A stretch of 64,000 nt of DNA from Magallana gigas (lineage: Eukaryota), in NCBI RefSeq assembly GCF_963853765.1, contig NC_088854.1, positions 23,932,001 through 23,996,000 of the forward strand. The letters are read 5' to 3'. A program made the position numbers and the translations under genes. The notes under the pieces were generated by a model that saw only the letters and a list, made by a program, of their open reading frames with translations, had not been told where the DNA came from and did not search any database. Below are positions 10,964 through 23,580 of this stretch, in pieces; positions within the stretch are counted from its first letter, which is position 1, and the number at the start of each line of letters is the position of its first letter.

Positions 10964-13568
10964 AACTAGATACAATCTCGTTACGAGTAACGAGTAGGTC
11001 TTCCATTCAATTTTTAAACGATACGATTAAGATATCAATGACATTTCAGAATTCCCCCTTCAATCACTCCCTTTCAGATAATGCATACGATTGTCAATAT
11101 CCCTTGAAATGTAACATGTAACAAAGAGTTTTGCTTTTTCACATACAGCACATTAAAGATGTAAGATTTTAGTCCCCTAAAATCTATATTTACGTCATCA
11201 ATTGGTTTGGCAATGAGTTTTACAAACTAATATTGTAAGGACCAACAACTTTGTTTCTGTAATGCGCATGCATTACAAAATCTGTATCGTTTTTAAGGTA
11301 TGTGAAATAGACTTTACGAGTGTCTTGGCCCCTTATTTAAGGAGCCATCCCTTTTTTCATGAGTTCATTCAAAAGGTCCCACGAATACTAACATTTATTG
11401 TTCTTACACTTATCTAGAATATTTTTCTTACACTTATCTAGAATTGTTGTTCATTTTTGAGATACAAATGATTGATATTTTAGGGGCCAGCCCTCTAGAT
11501 CCTTAATGGGGACAGTCTTTGGTGTTTTGATTAATGGAATCGATTAGAGTCATCAATGCAAACATTTTCTCTTCTACAATGCTTATCAAAATATGAATCC
11601 TTTTCAAGATGTATTGCGTCAAACTTTAAGTACTTTGGCCCCTTAAAATCCCTAATTACGTAATAAATGGGCGTGGCAATGATTTTACCTGATAGATATT
11701 GTTACGATCAACACCTTTTGATTCTATAATGCAATACAAAATTTTTATCGTTTTTAAGGTATGTGTTATGGAGTTTACGAGTGTCTTTGCCCTAATTTTA
11801 GGGGCCAGACCCTTTTTCTTGAGTTCATTCGAATGGTCTCACGAATACTAACATGTTTTGTTCCTACACCTATTTAGAATTGTTGTTTATTTTTGAGATA
11901 CAAATGATTGATTATTTTAGGGGCCAGCCCTCTCGATCCTTAATGGGGACAGACTTTGGTGTTTTGATTAATGGAATCGATTAGAGTCATCATTGCAAAC
12001 ATTTTCTCTTCTACAATGCCTAACAAAATATGTCTCCTTTTCAAGATAAATTGCGTCAAAGTTTAAGTACTTTGGCCCCTTAAAATCCCTAATTACGTGA
12101 TAAATGGGTGTGACAATGATTTTACCTGATAGATAATATTACGATCCACAACTTTGCTTCTATAATGCATTACAAAATCTTTATCGTTTTAAGGTATGTG
12201 TAATAGTGTTTTAGAGTGTCTTGGCCCCTAATTTAAGGAGCCAGCCCCTTTTTCATGAGTTCATTCGAAAGGCCCACAAATACTAACATTTTTTGTTCTT
12301 ACACCTATCTAGAATTGTTGTTCATTTTTTAGATACAAATGATTGAATATTTTAGGGGCCAGCCCTCTAGACCCTAAGGGGGACATTCCTTTGTGTTTTG
12401 ATTAATGGAATCGATTAGAGTCATCAATGCAAACATTTTCTCTTCTACAATGCTTAACAAAATATGAATCCTTTTCAAGATATATTGCGTCAAACTTTAA
12501 GTACTTTGGCCCCTTAAAATCCCTAATTACGTAATAAATGGGTGAGGAAATGATTTTACCTGATAGATATTGTTACGATCAACAACTTTGCTTCTATAAT
12601 GCATTACAACATCTTTATCGTTTTAAAGGTATGTGTAATAGAGTTTACATGTACGAGTGTCTTAGCCCCTAATGTTAGAGGCCAGCCCCTTTTTCTTGAG
12701 TTCATTCGAATGGTCTCACAAAAACTAACATTTTTTGTTCTTACACCTATCTAGAATTGTTGTTCATTTTTTAGATACAAATGATTGAATATTTTAGGGG
12801 CCAGCCCTCTAGATCCTTAATGGGGACATACTTTGGTGTTTTGATTAATGGGATCAATTAGAGTCATCAATGCAAACATTTTCTCTTCTACAATGCCTAA
12901 CAAAATATGTCCCCTTTTCTAGATATATTGCGTCAAACTTTAAGTACTTTGGCCCCTAAAAATCCCTAATTTCGTAATGATTTTTTCTGATAGATATTGT
13001 TACGATCAACAACTTTGCTTCTATAATGCATTACAAAATCTTTATCGGTTTTAAGTTATTTATAATAGAGTTTTTGAGTGCCTTGGCTCCTAAATAAAGG
13101 GGCTAGCCCCTTTTTCTTGATTTCGTTGAAAAGAACTTTTAATTCTCTACCACTTTTGTTATATATGTTTTAACAAAATATCAACTGATAAAGAGATATA
13201 AATCAAAACGTGTGAAAATTTTGAACAAAAATTCGTACCCAATTTTCAAGCTCCAAGAAATGGCGCCACTGGCGTAAAACAACATAATAGTGCACAACTT
13301 CAAACTATAGACTACATATTCTGAAAATTTCATAGTCATATCTCTGATAGTTTCTGAGATCAGCTCTGCACAAAATAGGTCGTAAAAATATACAAAATGG
13401 CCGATAAATCGGTACCGGAAGAGACGATAACAAAAATTTCAAAAACATATAAAATTCAGATTACATCGCATCATCTGTAAAAAAAATGATTGAAATCGGT
13501 CCAATAGTTTTTCGAGAAATCGCGTGCACAAAATTTGGAGAAAAAAAATAATAAAAAGAAACAGTACG

Positions 13569-13609
<41 letters not shown>
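10964..13609 (+). mobile_element. Helentron/HINE-like non-autonomous element carrying a tandem-repeat array
   Basis: 5' AACTAGA plus hairpin CTCGTTAC-ga-GTAACGAG (10977-10994) and sub-terminal TAGGTCTTCC; 3' 14-bp stem TAAGGTCTTCCGTT-gga-AACGGAAGACCTTA (13576-13606); central tandem array. Class assigned from the established HINE architecture (subTIR, 3' inverted repeat, internal tandem repeats). Confidence 0.75.
11170..13130. repeat. Satellite-like tandem array, ~437-bp unit, ~4.5 copies
   Basis: Marker GAGTGTC/GAGTG recurs at 11318, 11779, 12214, 12655, 13076 (spacings 461, 435, 441, 421; the first unit has a ~24-bp internal duplication). Confidence 0.9.
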
Positions 13610-13610
<1 letters not shown>

Positions 13611-14499
13611 AGTTAGATAACTTTAAATAGGAAGTTTTAGTGTTCATTCCAAATAAATGGATATTTTTTTAAGTGACCCAGGTACATAAGAATAGTTTAT
13701 ACTTTGTAGAAAAGATAACCTGAATTTTTTTCAACTGTGTCGCTTTTTTTCGCCCTATTGATAGTATTCATCTTTGACTTCAAATTTTAACAGAATAATA
13801 CAAATAGTTTTCTTGACGTTTAACCGATTGGACACAGAACCAAGCTTAGGATAAGCAGGTTTCTCCTGCAAAAATGACTTCGAAATATGCTAGAAAATTA
13901 ACAATATTGCAACATTAAACTTTTTAAAAGCAAATTTTTAAAATTATCATCAAATTAAATATAATGAAAAAACCATTTGTCTGCAAATGTAAATCTGAAC
14001 AAAATAAACATTTATCAGTAAAATTAAATTTAATATGAAGTATTTCATTAAAAAACATATTATCTTATCGGCGTCTTTTCCTAAGTAATTGGTCTCAAAC
14101 TGCAATGCAATTGTATATCATACACGTCCAATACATTCACAGTTTAATGCTAAAAAAAACTAAGTTTCCTCAACTAATAAAAAACGATTAATAAAGAAAA
14201 CCTACGTAAATGAGATTTCATTTCATACTTTTGTTGCCTGACGTCATGACATGAATTTCTCAATATTTATAAATAGACCATGGTTTAAACGATATTCATT
14301 CAAAGGTATAAAAAAAAATCCTACATTTTGTTGTTGTTGAAATGTCCCTTCTGGCTTATCAGGTTTCAACACACTGCTAAATAATAGGAAGTCTACGGTA
14401 AATTAATATTGTATTGTAAAAGAAATCAAAACTAACCAGATAATTATAACGTTAAGTACTTTTGCTAGGTATTCTGCGTGACGTTCGAATGAAGAAAGA

Positions 14500-14705
14500 A
14501 AAAAATAAATCTCCACAAGAAATAAGTTTTCGATCTAGTGATTTTTTTCGACTGAAAAATGATAATGTGTCTATGAAGATATCTTGGATATTTTCCCCTT
14601 CAACAATTTCAATGATGTATTTCTTTCACATGTACATATGTACATGTACGTGCATTTTAATTAAAAACTGTCCAAATGTGACAGTACAAAACTTGGGACA
14701 GAATA
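14500..14705 (+). mobile_element. Diverged partial copy (right end) of the 4098-4570 MITE family
   Basis: TAAATCTCC..GTTTTCG..GAAAAATGATAATGTGT..ATGAAG..ATTTTCCC..TTC and terminal ACTTGGGACAGAATA match 4385-4570; no left TIR found. Confidence 0.65.
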
Positions 14706-17156
14706 TAGGTGTTCCTTCTCTGTTATGAGAAAAGGTAAGACATGCCGTTGATTTTTGTTATCTCAATATAACAAATACAACTTAAAACTTGACTGTTTTC
14801 TCTTCCATTTTCACGCTTACAATATAATGATACTTTCCTGAAATAATTTTGATGTCAGTAATATTTATGCACTAAAGTGAAAGAAAAGGACATAACTTCC
14901 TGAATATGCGCATTCTGATTAAAGTGGAAACGAAAATTTTATTTGTATTAATGAAATGAATTGATACATGCTTCCAGTAGAATAATTTAGACAGGCATTC
15001 TTTTTGGGAAGATTTTACTTGCCATACTTAAGAACAATGCCGTAGTAGACTATCCATAACAAATTAATATTAACAGAGATATTTTCTGAAAGTTTTCGAA
15101 GAGCTCCATAACAAAGTAACGAATCAGTATCATAATTTGGTCCCCTTTTAAAGAGTAATCAGCAAACCAAAAGTACATTACTGTACGCCTATGTTCTTTG
15201 TGTGTGGTAGGTAATATCTGAATAACCTTTTCAGAAATTGTATATTTAATTAATTTGTAATCTTGATAATCCTAATCTATCAAGTGAAACAATCATAAAT
15301 ACAAGTGAATTTATAATAATTAAATATGATTTATTGGAAACAAGAGCTCTTGGCAAACAATTAGAAATACGAAATCATCCTCATTTCTTCACCATCACGT
15401 CTTAGAAATACGATTTTGTTGAGATATCTTTTAAATCAGGCAAAAATGTTCGACAAGGAGAGTGCAATGAGGGGAAAATACGTCCTATCATAAAGTATGT
15501 CGATTTAAGAAAACTCAAAAATAATTTTTATTTTGTTTTGTCTTTACTTCAATGTGGATAATGTTTAGGAGCCTTCAGTAGCACATCTGCAGATGCGATC
15601 TTTTTTATCCACATTACGTAAAAGGGCTGGACGACTGTGGCAATTTTTAAATTGTATTAGTTTCCTTAATAAAAAGAGCTCTCTATAGAAATATTTTTAA
15701 AAATACCCATTCAAAATGTAGTGTAGGAATGTTTTCTTTATTAATTGATCGTTTAAAGGTAAACAAATACATGTAATATCTGAAAGTTTTTGGTATATCT
15801 GATGGTTACTTTGTTGTCCAATGAGCCTCCTTAACATTGATTTATGTAACAAAGCCTAAAACACTTCCGAATAAAAAACTCTTCTAGATCTTGTGTTCAA
15901 CAGTTCATGAATACTAGAATTGTAGCAAGAAACTGTATGCATGTTGTGTGCATTATAGATGAAATTGTGAATATTATAAAAGATTGACAATTAAAGGCGA
16001 TCAGGTCTCTTTTTACCAACAGATTATAATTTTTGGTCCCTTAAGCAATGGTACATGTATAAATAATCCTAGAATTTTCGACTCTTACAGTCTCGGATTA
16101 GAATTAACAGTCCAACATGAAGCTTAATGCAAACATGAGACTCCCTGGCAGTTCCATCTAACGGCTATGGTACTCAGGTGACCTCCTAGGCCTTTGCCCT
16201 TCTTGTTTTAATTGCTAGTCAAATAATAATATATATTTGCATCGAACTTTTAGAGAACAATTACTATTATATCAAGAAAATATCGGTATTTACACTTTTA
16301 ATAATGAACAGGAATGGTTGACAATAAAGTAAAGAAAGAAAAAAACCGCTGAAATCTTCAATTTTTTGGCAATTAAAAACATTTGACTTGAAAAACTCTA
16401 CGATTGCCAAAAATGTTTGAAGATGATAATCTCCGTGTGAGTCCATTAATCTCGAAAAATAAGCCATTTTCTCGCCTTTGTCTCTCAATTATAATGTAGT
16501 AAGGTGTAGATTCTGTATGAATGACTCTGGATCAACATGTTTATACCAGTAAACCAACCTCAAATGTACCTGGTTTGGGATTTTATCTTCTTGATTTTGA
16601 AGAAATCTTCCTTTTCAAATTCAAAAGGGAAATAAAATATATTGAACTTAATGAGAGATAATATATGACAAAGACAAGCAACACTGTATTGAAAGTGCAA
16701 ATCGAATTGCGCCTGATCTAGGTCGTTGGCTATACATTTGTCGGTTATTTCGAATTTACTGTTTAAGACAAAAATGCCATGTAACATTTCTTGTAATTAT
16801 TAACTTTTATTAAAACTGCATCAACTTATTGAAGCAGTACTGTTGTGATTTTCTTTTGCTTTAATTTTTCAAACTCTTACGACATGCGTTTATTAAGTGT
16901 CAAATGATTAATGTTTGACATTTTAACAATTTAAGTGAACTTGTCACGGAAAGATGCTTATTATATTGCTATATTTACATGTATAACAAATATTTCCCAT
17001 ATATTTACAATTAAATTCGATCAAAGTTTTTACTCCATGCCTTAAGAATTACAAGTATATCAAATTTTAATGACCTTGTTTTGAAGTGTAATTTAGGTTT
17101 GCTCATATCAAGACATCACTGTGGAAATGTGATGTGATGTGGAACAATGTGATTTT

Positions 17157-17520
17157 ATTATACTTTCATGTTAAATGCTGAAATCTGATTGTTTTAGACG
17201 CAGTTGGTAATCCATTCTATTACCCTCAGCGTTAGCAACACACTTGGCAACGGGTAACACAACGAATTGTTACATGCGCGTAAATTATGCGCGTACTGTT
17301 CGCCGTTGAATTCACTTCATTTCTATATAAAAGCAGTAAAATTGTCTTTAAAATTAAGACATTCAGTATAATAAAATAAATAGTGCCTGTTTGGGATGGT
17401 AACTGTTGAAATTGACACCCCTCGAAAAACATTATCAACCATTGACGCTTCGCGTCGTTTGACAATGGTTGTCTCGGGGTGTCAATTTCAGCAGTTACCC
17501 TCCCAAACAGGCACTATTTA
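17157..17520. mobile_element. ~365-bp hairpin-ended dispersed element (family HP-1)
   Basis: Homologous copies at 51424-51449+53878-54147, 57706-58072 and 61957-62323. The right ~145 bp is a long inverted repeat (AAATAGTGCCTGTTTGGGA..GACACCCC / GGGGTGTC..TCCCAAACAGGCACTATTT) with a GCTTCGCGTC apex. No real ORF. Confidence 0.85.
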
Positions 17521-19499
17521 TATGGTACCGCGTTTTTTAAACATGTGGGGGGATGCAGCGGCTACAAAAAAATTCATGACAAGTAAAAATATGTAAATAT
17601 CAACTTCAAATAACATTACACTGAAAATAACTTTTGATTCCAATCAAAATGTCTATGATAATAAACTTTCAAATAAGAAATTGTTCTTAATTGAAATAAT
17701 TTATATACCCATATCAAGCATAACATTTTTATTCTACCTGATTCAACAAAAACACAAATCAAGCATCTCATGGACACCAACAACCATAATTCATAAAATC
17801 AAAAACTACTGTTTTATACACTGTTTTAATATTATTTTCTACACATAGATATCTCGCTATTGATCAGCAATACCGATATAGTTTAAAATATCATTATACG
17901 TGTATCATAAGAAAAAGATAAAATTTCATCCATTGTTTATTTTTAGAACGGGGGTAAAAAAATGGAAAAAAAAAAGGTTCCAAAACAATATTGCATGAAG
18001 AGTAGCTCGTTTTTGTGAGACGATTCTGTTAATTCTAGATTGGTTACGCTTTTCGTGAAAAATTGTAACAAGATGTTTCATATCAATTCAAAACTAACTT
18101 TTCTGAGAGTACCCAAAATAAATATAGCCAGTGATCCAACTCCAGATCGAATAGATTTACAGTAAGCGGCCTTCAATAGTTCAAAAGGTTGTTTAATATT
18201 CAATTACGTAAGCTGGTATTCCTCTTTATGTTTATAATTGATAGGGGCCTGATTTAGTACACATCGTGGTATTATTCTTTTTTACAATGTTTTCAGGAAC
18301 AATAAAGAACTATTTTGTTCGTTATGCAGAGTAAACGTTGTTAGTCTTTCATTTTCAACTAATTGAAAATTGAATTCAAGTTTTGCGTTTTCATTGAAAG
18401 TCTATAATTCACATATCATATTTTGCTTAGGAACAATGCATTTTTATCGTATGTCGTTAAAAATCATAAATGTTTGTCCACACAAATTATTTATTATCTT
18501 AATTTAAAGTGACTTGGTGTTCCAGAAATATCTCATCCTTTTTTACAAATATATACATGCAGCTATAGCTTTGAAAATGCAGTTTAAATATTTACCTTTA
18601 TTCCTATCCTGGGAGATAAATAGATCTAAAGTTCTTTTTGAAAAGCTTTTACAAGCGTTATATGAAAAATCAAGGTTTCAAATGTTATGAAGTACACAGA
18701 TATACGGATATGTAAAAAAAAAAACCCATAAAAGTGATAAAAAAACCTCCTTCTGATGTGTTAATAGGCATTAGTTTTACACGATACTATGATGGAAAAA
18801 ACCCGGAAGGCTTGTACAGTGAATTGGCAGCGCTGACGTTCCAGGAAGTGCAACTACAAATGCATTACACAGATGTTTCAATTTTAAATATAACAATTAA
18901 ACTTGCAAATTCACTATTTCGTAATTGCCTAAGGAAAAGATAGCATATTGATACATAACTGACGAAAAACAAATATATTTAAAAGATGATGCATGTGTGC
19001 TCTTTTCTTTTTGAACCTAAGGACACTTGTCAAAGTTTAATACATTCACTAAAAGCATTTCATATGCAAAGATAAATAACTAGTTTACATATATAGTTTT
19101 CTACAATTTAAAATTATTTAGGAATTATTACGATAACTTTAACCCCCCCCCCCCCCCCCCGCCAAAATAAAAGTAAAAAAAAAAACAGAACAAAAAACCC
19201 CTGTGGTTTCATTAATATTCGTGCCCATAATTATTCGTTTATTTAATGACAATCAAAAGATACATACGTAAATTTGTTGCCAGTGATTCTTTCAATACAA
19301 TAACTTGTTGTAATTCGAAATAGCACTTCGATGAACATTTCATTTTCCGAATCAACTCAACAATTATATCACCGAAAATTGGTATTTGGCGAATATTGAT
19401 GAAACAAAAGTACCTAAAAAAATCAGTGTAAATGTTTGTTAGATTTCTTATATATACATGTACTACTATTGATATTTTACAACATTCACTTATCAACAT

Positions 19500-19648
19500 A
19501 TACTATGAATAAATGACAATAACAAACCGTCAACCATCTCAAAAATCCATAAAACGAAATACAAATTCAAAGCAGAGCAACACGGACCTCCAAAAAGAGA
19601 GAGGTAGGATCAGGTGCCTAGGAAGAGTGAGCATCCTCTGCTGACCGG
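19500..19648. repeat. Left half of a dispersed repeat split by the Ginger element; continues at 25760-25970
   Basis: ..GGATCAGGTGCCTAGGAAGAGTGAGCATCCTCTGCTGACCGG joins TCACACCCTCCGTG.. after removing 19649-25759; the GAGGTAGGATCAGGTGCC..GAGTGAGCATCCT motif recurs at ~25930-25968. Class not determined. Confidence 0.6.
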
Positions 19649-19993
19649 TGTCGTATAATTAAAGGTCCGCCCCGTTAAAGGGTCCGGCCGGACCTTTAAT
19701 TTTAACATTTAAGGTCCGCCTTTGCTATAAAAGGGTCCGGCCCGTATAAGAAGAGGTCTGCCTAACATAAAAGGTCCGGGGTATACATTTCATTCCTATC
19801 TTTTTAATTTCGAAGGTTTTAATTTCAATTCAATTCTGAGTCCCAAAGTGAAGGATACCAATCAATTTATCTTTTTAATTATCCATGTATACATGTATTT
19901 TAATAATTTCTGTTACTTTGATTATCATATTAACATATTAGAATCAGCACCCATAATCAACCCAACTACCCAGCCCGAATCATTACATGATAT

Positions 19994-19994
<1 letters not shown>

Positions 19995-20071
<77 letters not shown>
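19995..20071. repeat. (CT)n microsatellite
   Basis: ~38 CT units. Confidence 0.95.
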
Positions 20072-20073
<2 letters not shown>

Positions 20074-20139
20074 GGTGTTTCCATAATAATGATGTGTCTC
20101 TCTCCATAACTAAATATTCATGTGTAATATTTGATTACA

Positions 20140-20437
20140 TGTAATTTGAGCACTAAAAAGCAACTTTACGGGATAAGTATAGCTTATTCTATCTTCTTTA
20201 TATTCGTTTTAACAAAAAAAAAGTTTCTAATATTTAACACATTCTTTTAAGGTCTTCGACATTAAGATTGTAAACAAAATATTTGTTTACATAGCAAAGA
20301 ATTGTAAGCTCAGTAAATCGCTGATAACTTAACGGATGGCACTCGAATTTTTGCTGCCTATCAAAATTGTCTTAATGAAGTATTGTACATACGTTAGAAT
20401 CGGAAAAATTATTGACCAAAATCGTGACCATGCCCCT
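20140..20437 (+). mobile_element. 5'-truncated copy of the Kolobok-like MITE at 30228-30719
   Basis: Ends GACCAAAATCGTGACCATGCCCCT followed by TTAA (20438-20441); internal similarity to 30310-30719. Confidence 0.7.
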
Positions 20438-21552
20438 TTAAACTTTAAAAAGAATAACATACGGAATTTGACATATGTACAGAAAAAAAATACTAGCTAG
20501 TTAAATTTTGGTTTAAAATATTTGTACATGTAAATTGCATTAACTTTCTCGAATCACTCAGATATCCCCTAAACATTAGTTTTCATTTTAATATTGTCAA
20601 AATAATTGAGAGAGAAGTTAAGATATACAAGTGTAGATAAAAAAAAACCCATAAATAGATCTTATAAATTATTGTTGTTTAAAGAAATATCTTCTCAAGG
20701 GAATTCAATGCATTTCTATCTCTTACATTAGGATTTGATAAAAAGGCAAAACATTTGTTTTGTATGTCGTTTGTTTTATAGATTACTTTTCATTAATATG
20801 AGCAAAATAAAAACGATATCCTTAATTTTGAAAATATTTTAAGTTTTTCAATTAAGTCATTTCATATTTTTATCTAATCTTTCTTATGAAAATTTGTTTG
20901 CTTCTAATACAAACATTTAGGAAATTTTGGAGTAGGTATCTATTTTTTTGTATGTAGCATATACTATTTGATTAATAAGTCAATAAGTTAATTTAACATA
21001 CATAATGCTCTTAACAAGGAGAGTAACATCTTAGTTTAAGAAATCGTGTTCATTCCTTTTAACTTTTTACAATGAAATAAAATGAATTCAAAATATGACG
21101 AAAGTGATAATGAATAATCAACTCTTGTTTTTTTCAGGTGAACATAGGTATACTCTATACCTGTGCCCCTTAGAGGACCCCTTAATTATCTAATTGTCTA
21201 ATCTTCTACACTCACATATACGTGTATCATTAATTTTTTTCCCCACAAATATCAAAGCATGCATTTCTTGCCGGCCCCTCCATTATAAAAAAGATAAGAA
21301 GGTCATTAGATGAAAATTAAAACCGTCACACAAATTTACCTTATTTTAAGAGTATTTCAAGGAGACGGACAATCGTTTGAAAATTGATTCCAGGGGTTTG
21401 TCTCAATTTAAAAAAACCGTCGGATGAACTTAGTTACAAAATTGTTTTACTATTTTTTTTTAAAATAAAATAACACTAATTTTACTGTATTTTTGGGGAT
21501 ACAATGCATGTACTTGCAATGGGCCCCACTTCTATAACTGAAAAGTAAATAT

Positions 21553-22770
21553 AACTAGATGCGATCTCGTTGCGAGCAACGAATAGGTCTTCCATAGACG
21601 AATTTTAAAACTACAAAAGTTGTCATTAAACACTTCGTTGCATTTGCAATTGCAAAGCGGAAAATCATAGTAAAAAAAGAAAACGTGTTCCTCTGTTGAT
21701 ACTCTAACATTTCATCATTTCATGAAACATGAAAATAACAAAAAAAAAGAGACATCTAAATGATATATCCGAGATATCTCAACATAAGAAACGCAATAAT
21801 CATCATGATGATTTACCGTGAGATTATAATCCTGGGTTGAATTTTTGAAAAAATCTAGAATATACTATCATTGATTAGAAAGTTTTAAAAAATATAATTT
21901 TGTTTGGTTCCGGTGACGACTGGACATGCCGGATAAATCATTGATACCTTTGCTGCACATCTACATGTTTAGGTTTATCATATAGCAAATCTTGGTTACT
22001 CAATCACTTTCCGTTATTGAGTCTTGCACAGACAAAATCAGAAAAGATTCTGAAAATATCTGAGATACCTCAGTAGAAAAAAGCAATACTCATGTATTTA
22101 CCATTACAATAGTGCGCTGAAATTTAAAAAAATGTCTGGAAAATTCTATCGAAAATTATAAAAGTAAAAAGTACAATTTTGCTTGCTTCTGGTTACGACC
22201 AGAACTGACAGACAAGTTATTGATACGTATTCTGCACATATTCATGAAAAGGTCTATCATAAAGCAAAGATTGGTTGTTCAAACACTTACTGTTTTTGAG
22301 ATATCGCACGTACAAAATCAGAAAAGAAACATATCAAATAGATATCTGAAATATCTCAAATGAGGATAACGTATATTTCATTCGAAGGGATCTAAAATAG
22401 ATAGAATTTTTCATTAGAAAAGCAAAAACTTTTAAAAGCCGATTTTTGGTGTCACCTTCGGTGATTGCTGAAGTGATGGACTAATAACTAAAACGCTGTA
22501 TCTATTCTGTACATTAACATGTTAAGGTCTATTTGATGGCAATGATTGGTTGTTCAGTCACTAGACTTTATTGAGATATCGCGCGGACAATCTCAGAAAA
22601 TTAACATCTCAATAAGATCTGAAATATCTCAACAGAAGAAATGCACTTTTCAAGTATTTGCCATTTCAATACTGTGTAATATTTCAAAAACAATCTGGAA
22701 AATTCTATTGAAAATATCAATAATAGAATATAGAATCTTGTTTGGTACCGTCGCGACCGGATGTTACAGA
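21553..22770 (+). mobile_element. Second HINE-like element, 3'-truncated, with ~280-bp degenerate tandem repeats
   Basis: 5' end AACTAGATGCGATCTCGTTGCGAGCAACGAATAGGTCTTCCAT matches 10964-11006; TTGGTT..TCA..CACT at 21992, 22271, 22546 and GA.ATA.CTCA at ~21772, 22061, 22349, 22621; no 3' hairpin found. Confidence 0.65.
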
Positions 22771-23511
22771 TAAAATACAATGTATTGATATTTACATGTA
22801 ATAGAAAAAATTACAATAAAGTGTGGATTTAGCATCCCAACCATTTCTCTGTAAAGCACAGAAGTATGAGTTTAAAACAAAACGTCAAAAATACATAACC
22901 AACGTCGCAGGCGTGCGGCGACTGTCCTTACCTAACGCTCTATATATGTTGTCTTCGGAAACAAACATTGTTTTGCACTAAAATTTTCAGATCTAAATAA
23001 ACATATGTAAATATAATACAGTTCGAAATTTTGTCATTAAAGCGAGTTTTCATGATTTTATTGCAACTGTGACACTACTTTTGGAGCAACCCTCGTATCA
23101 ATCCCACAGTGTTGTGTATTTAGTGATCTGGAAAGTGTAAATGTCTCCGAATGCTATTCATGTGAAAGTCTCATTTAACGTCAAGCTCGAATGATGTAAA
23201 GATTATTTGACTGATAAAATTATTTTTTTTCATTTATCACTAGCTCCCATTAAAGAATGTCATAATTTTTCTCCACTTTTCCCTTTAAACTAAATCATTC
23301 TTTAATTTTTTATGTAAAGAAATGCATCTAATTTTGTGAGGTTTTGAAATGTGAAGTAGTAAAACAAATTAAAATGGTGCCTTAAAGGCGCTCAGACAGC
23401 AATCTAAAGATAATTGCTAGGCAGTGTACAAATATATTTCTGCATCAAAACGCTTTGTATCATAGCACTTTATCACAAATTATATACCGTCTATCTTTTT
23501 TTGAAACCTTT

Positions 23512-23513
<2 letters not shown>

Positions 23514-23580
<67 letters not shown>
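23514..23580. repeat. (GA)n microsatellite
   Basis: ~33 GA units. Confidence 0.95.

Noticed and set aside
11170-13130. Regular repeats considered as a CRISPR-like array
   Set aside because: Units are ~437 bp contiguous tandem copies with no unique spacers and no cas genes; the context is eukaryotic, with spliceosomal introns.
15565-15835. Possible degenerate TTAA-flanked MITE
   Set aside because: End similarity is too weak to call TIRs by eye.
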